From IMG/VR virus record IMGVR_UViG_3300050122_000027: 64,000 nucleotides of DNA. One strand, 5' to 3'. The translations under genes were made by a program, and so were the position numbers. Within the stretch, counting starts at the first letter, position 1, and every line of letters begins with the position of its first letter. A model generated the notes under the pieces. The model ran no database searches. It saw only the letters and a program-made list of their open reading frames with translations, and had not been told where the DNA came from. This document shows, in pieces, positions 62,285 through 64,000 of this stretch. Origin of the DNA: a virus.

Positions 62285-63250
62285 TCAGGCCGTCACGAGA
62301 TCGGCCTTCGTCTCGGCCGCAGCGTTCGCCTTCGCGGCCTCACGATCCGCCTTACGTTGAGCCTTGACCTCTTCATCCTTCTTGCGTCGGTCGGCGTCCT
62401 TCTGGCGATCCGCTTCGATGGACATCGAATCCATATGAAGCGTCCAGGCAACGCCCGTCTTGAACCCTTCGAGAGCCGTTGTCAGTCCGAGTTCGGCGAC
62501 CAGTCGCGGGCCGACCTCATTCTGCTCGAACTCTGTCTTGATTTCGCCAAGCTTCCGGCAGTGCGGAACCGGCATGAACTCAGCGGCGTTCGGATTCCGA
62601 CCTTGACGCTTGGCGTCGCGAAGTTCTTTGACGCGGGTATTGACGGTCGGAACGAACTCGTTCGGCTGCATTGTCATCGCACGATCGACGAAGTGTGCTT
62701 GCTCATCAGCAGGCAGCTTCGCCAAAGCGTAGGCGTTGGACAAGTTGATCTTGTCCTCATCCACCAGCTTGGCGATGCGGGCTTCGAGCTTGATTAGCCC
62801 AAGCCGTTCAGAGATCCAGGTCGGCGACTTGGCCAACTTGGTCGCCAAAGACGCAGCGGTCATGGTCGGGTTGCCCGCCAGAATCCGCATGAGCTGCTTG
62901 CTGTACTCGACTGGCCGAGTCTCGACCTTGTGGATGTTCGTGATGATCTGGGCTTCGAGGACTTCGGCGTCGCTTGCCTCAATCACGTTGGCCGGGATCT
63001 CAGTCAGTCCAGCGTCGAGCGCTCCGGTGAATCGGTGCAGGCCGTCGATCAAGCCGTAAGTGATGTTACCATCACTGTCCTTGATCTCACGGACGACGAC
63101 CGGATTCAGCACGCCCTTGGCCCGGATTGAATCCACCAATCCGAGGTAGTCTTCGGCCGTCTTGTTGACGTTCCGTAGAGCGGAAGGGTTCTCCCGAATC
63201 TGCGAAAGTTGGACAACTTTCGGTCGCGTCTTCGGGGTTGTACTTGCCAT
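62285..63250 (-). CDS. ParB/Spo0J-like protein
   Basis: LVDSIRAKGVLNPVVVR...YGLIDGLHRF..A...I.A.V...N. Confidence 0.85.
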   Translation of the reverse strand: MASTTPKTRPKVVQLSQIRENPSALRNVNKTAEDYLGLVDSIRAKGVLNPVVVREIKDSDGNITYGLIDGLHRFTGALDAGLTEIPANVIEASDAEVLEAQIITNIHKVETRPVEYSKQLMRILAGNPTMTAASLATKLAKSPTWISERLGLIKLEARIAKLVDEDKINLSNAYALAKLPADEQAHFVDRAMTMQPNEFVPTVNTRVKELRDAKRQGRNPNAAEFMPVPHCRKLGEIKTEFEQNEVGPRLVAELGLTTALEGFKTGVAWTLHMDSMSIEADRQKDADRRKKDEEVKAQRKADREAAKANAAAETKADLVTA

Positions 63251-63350
63251 ACTGGCCACTCCTAATTTGCTTGCCGCAATCCTCATTGGTTGGCGTTGAA
63301 AGGAATACGCAATCCAATCAATCGTCGAGCCCTGCTGACACTTTCACTCT

Positions 63351-63380
63351 ATCTTACGGCAAAGGGCCGAAAGTTTGAAG
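63351..63380 (-). promoter_or_regulatory. phage promoter, class CTTCAAA
   Basis: TTCAAA-N17(..TTTGCCG)-TAAGAT. Confidence 0.75.
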
Positions 63381-63498
63381 GCCAGTTTTCTCCGAATGCC
63401 GGATTAATTATCTTGCCTATTCTACTGACTCAGCCTAGATTACCATTTCGACGTAACCCTATACCTGAAAACAACTTACGGCAAATGTCTTACTAGCC

Positions 63499-63632
63499 GC
63501 GTTTCAATTGCTCTATAAGGATGATATAGGGTTTTCCTTTAAAGTCTCCTTATGGATGACTTTAAAAAAGTAATCAGAGAATAAGCGTAAGTCTATATCC
63601 CACAACACATATCAAATATCACCTACATGATT
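63499..63632. repeat. block-conserved inverted repeat, right copy
   Basis: Reverse complement of 4191-4326; lies between divergent promoters. Confidence 0.9.
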
Positions 63633-63712
63633 GTAGTCAGTCAGTAATCAATCAACATATACACAGTCACTTATGGTTGTAACTCGTTATCCTATATAGG
63701 GTTAAAATTCAC

Positions 63713-63741
63713 TTCAAACTTACCGCATTTTGCCGTAGGAT
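63713..63741 (+). promoter_or_regulatory. phage promoter, class CTTCAAA (divergent)
   Basis: TTCAAA-N17(..TTTTGCCG)-TAGGAT. Confidence 0.75.
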
Positions 63742-64000
63742 AGGATAGCCGACCATAGTACGACGTTGTACAGAATGATTGGCTTGGATGATTGCGTAAG
63801 CCAATCAAGATGGCTTATGTAATCAATTATATAACGGATTGGAAGATCATGTTCGGTACATACGCTGTCATTATTGGTACACGTACACGCATCACAGACG
63901 ATCTGACACAAGCAAAGAAGTGGCTTGCACAATCAGGTGAGGCCGGACTTTATCGTCTGATTTGTAATACAAAAGACCACTATTGGGGCCTCAAGCCGAA

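Noticed and set aside
1-64000. Alternative genetic code or stop-codon recoding
   Set aside because: Core genes translate full length in code 11 with TAA, TAG and TGA stops, and there is no suppressor tRNA.

Overview
This 64 kb window is the early/replication arm of a large dsDNA bacteriophage; it contains no capsid, terminase, tail or integrase genes. The likely host is a planctomycete, judged from a DUF4214 protein with the planctomycete LE.R.L(L/M)S export leader, two CAP-domain proteins and csrA. Genes from about 3.7 to 63.3 kb are on the minus strand; the first 3.4 kb is plus strand. Recognisable core genes: family A DNA polymerase, SNF2 and UvrD helicases, ATP-dependent ligase, PD-(D/E)XK nuclease, class II RNR, ThyX, dUTPase, RNase H, NYN, DHH phosphoesterase, a sigma-70-like factor and CsrA. 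The window also holds five ParB-like genes and about 20 free-standing HNH/LAGLIDADG homing endonucleases. The most unusual content is non-coding. (1) A ~1.3 kb RNA island (59.9-61.2 kb) of tRNA scaffolds whose anticodon loops are replaced by large folded domains, including one tRNA nested in another, plus two more tRNA-like loci lacking an anticodon. (2) Seven sigma70-type promoters, each boxed by an inverted pair of a TGATTGG(A/C)TT motif about 100 bp apart. (3) Ten CsrA-type GGA-loop hairpins in phage 5' leaders, alongside a phage csrA. (4) A gene-junction motif, TGATTATT(C/G)CAA(T/G)C, that also supplies the start of one HNH family. (5) A 41 bp inverted repeat flanking a ParB-like gene, and a ~135 bp inverted repeat pair 59 kb apart. 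All assignments are by eye; no database searches or folding programs were run.
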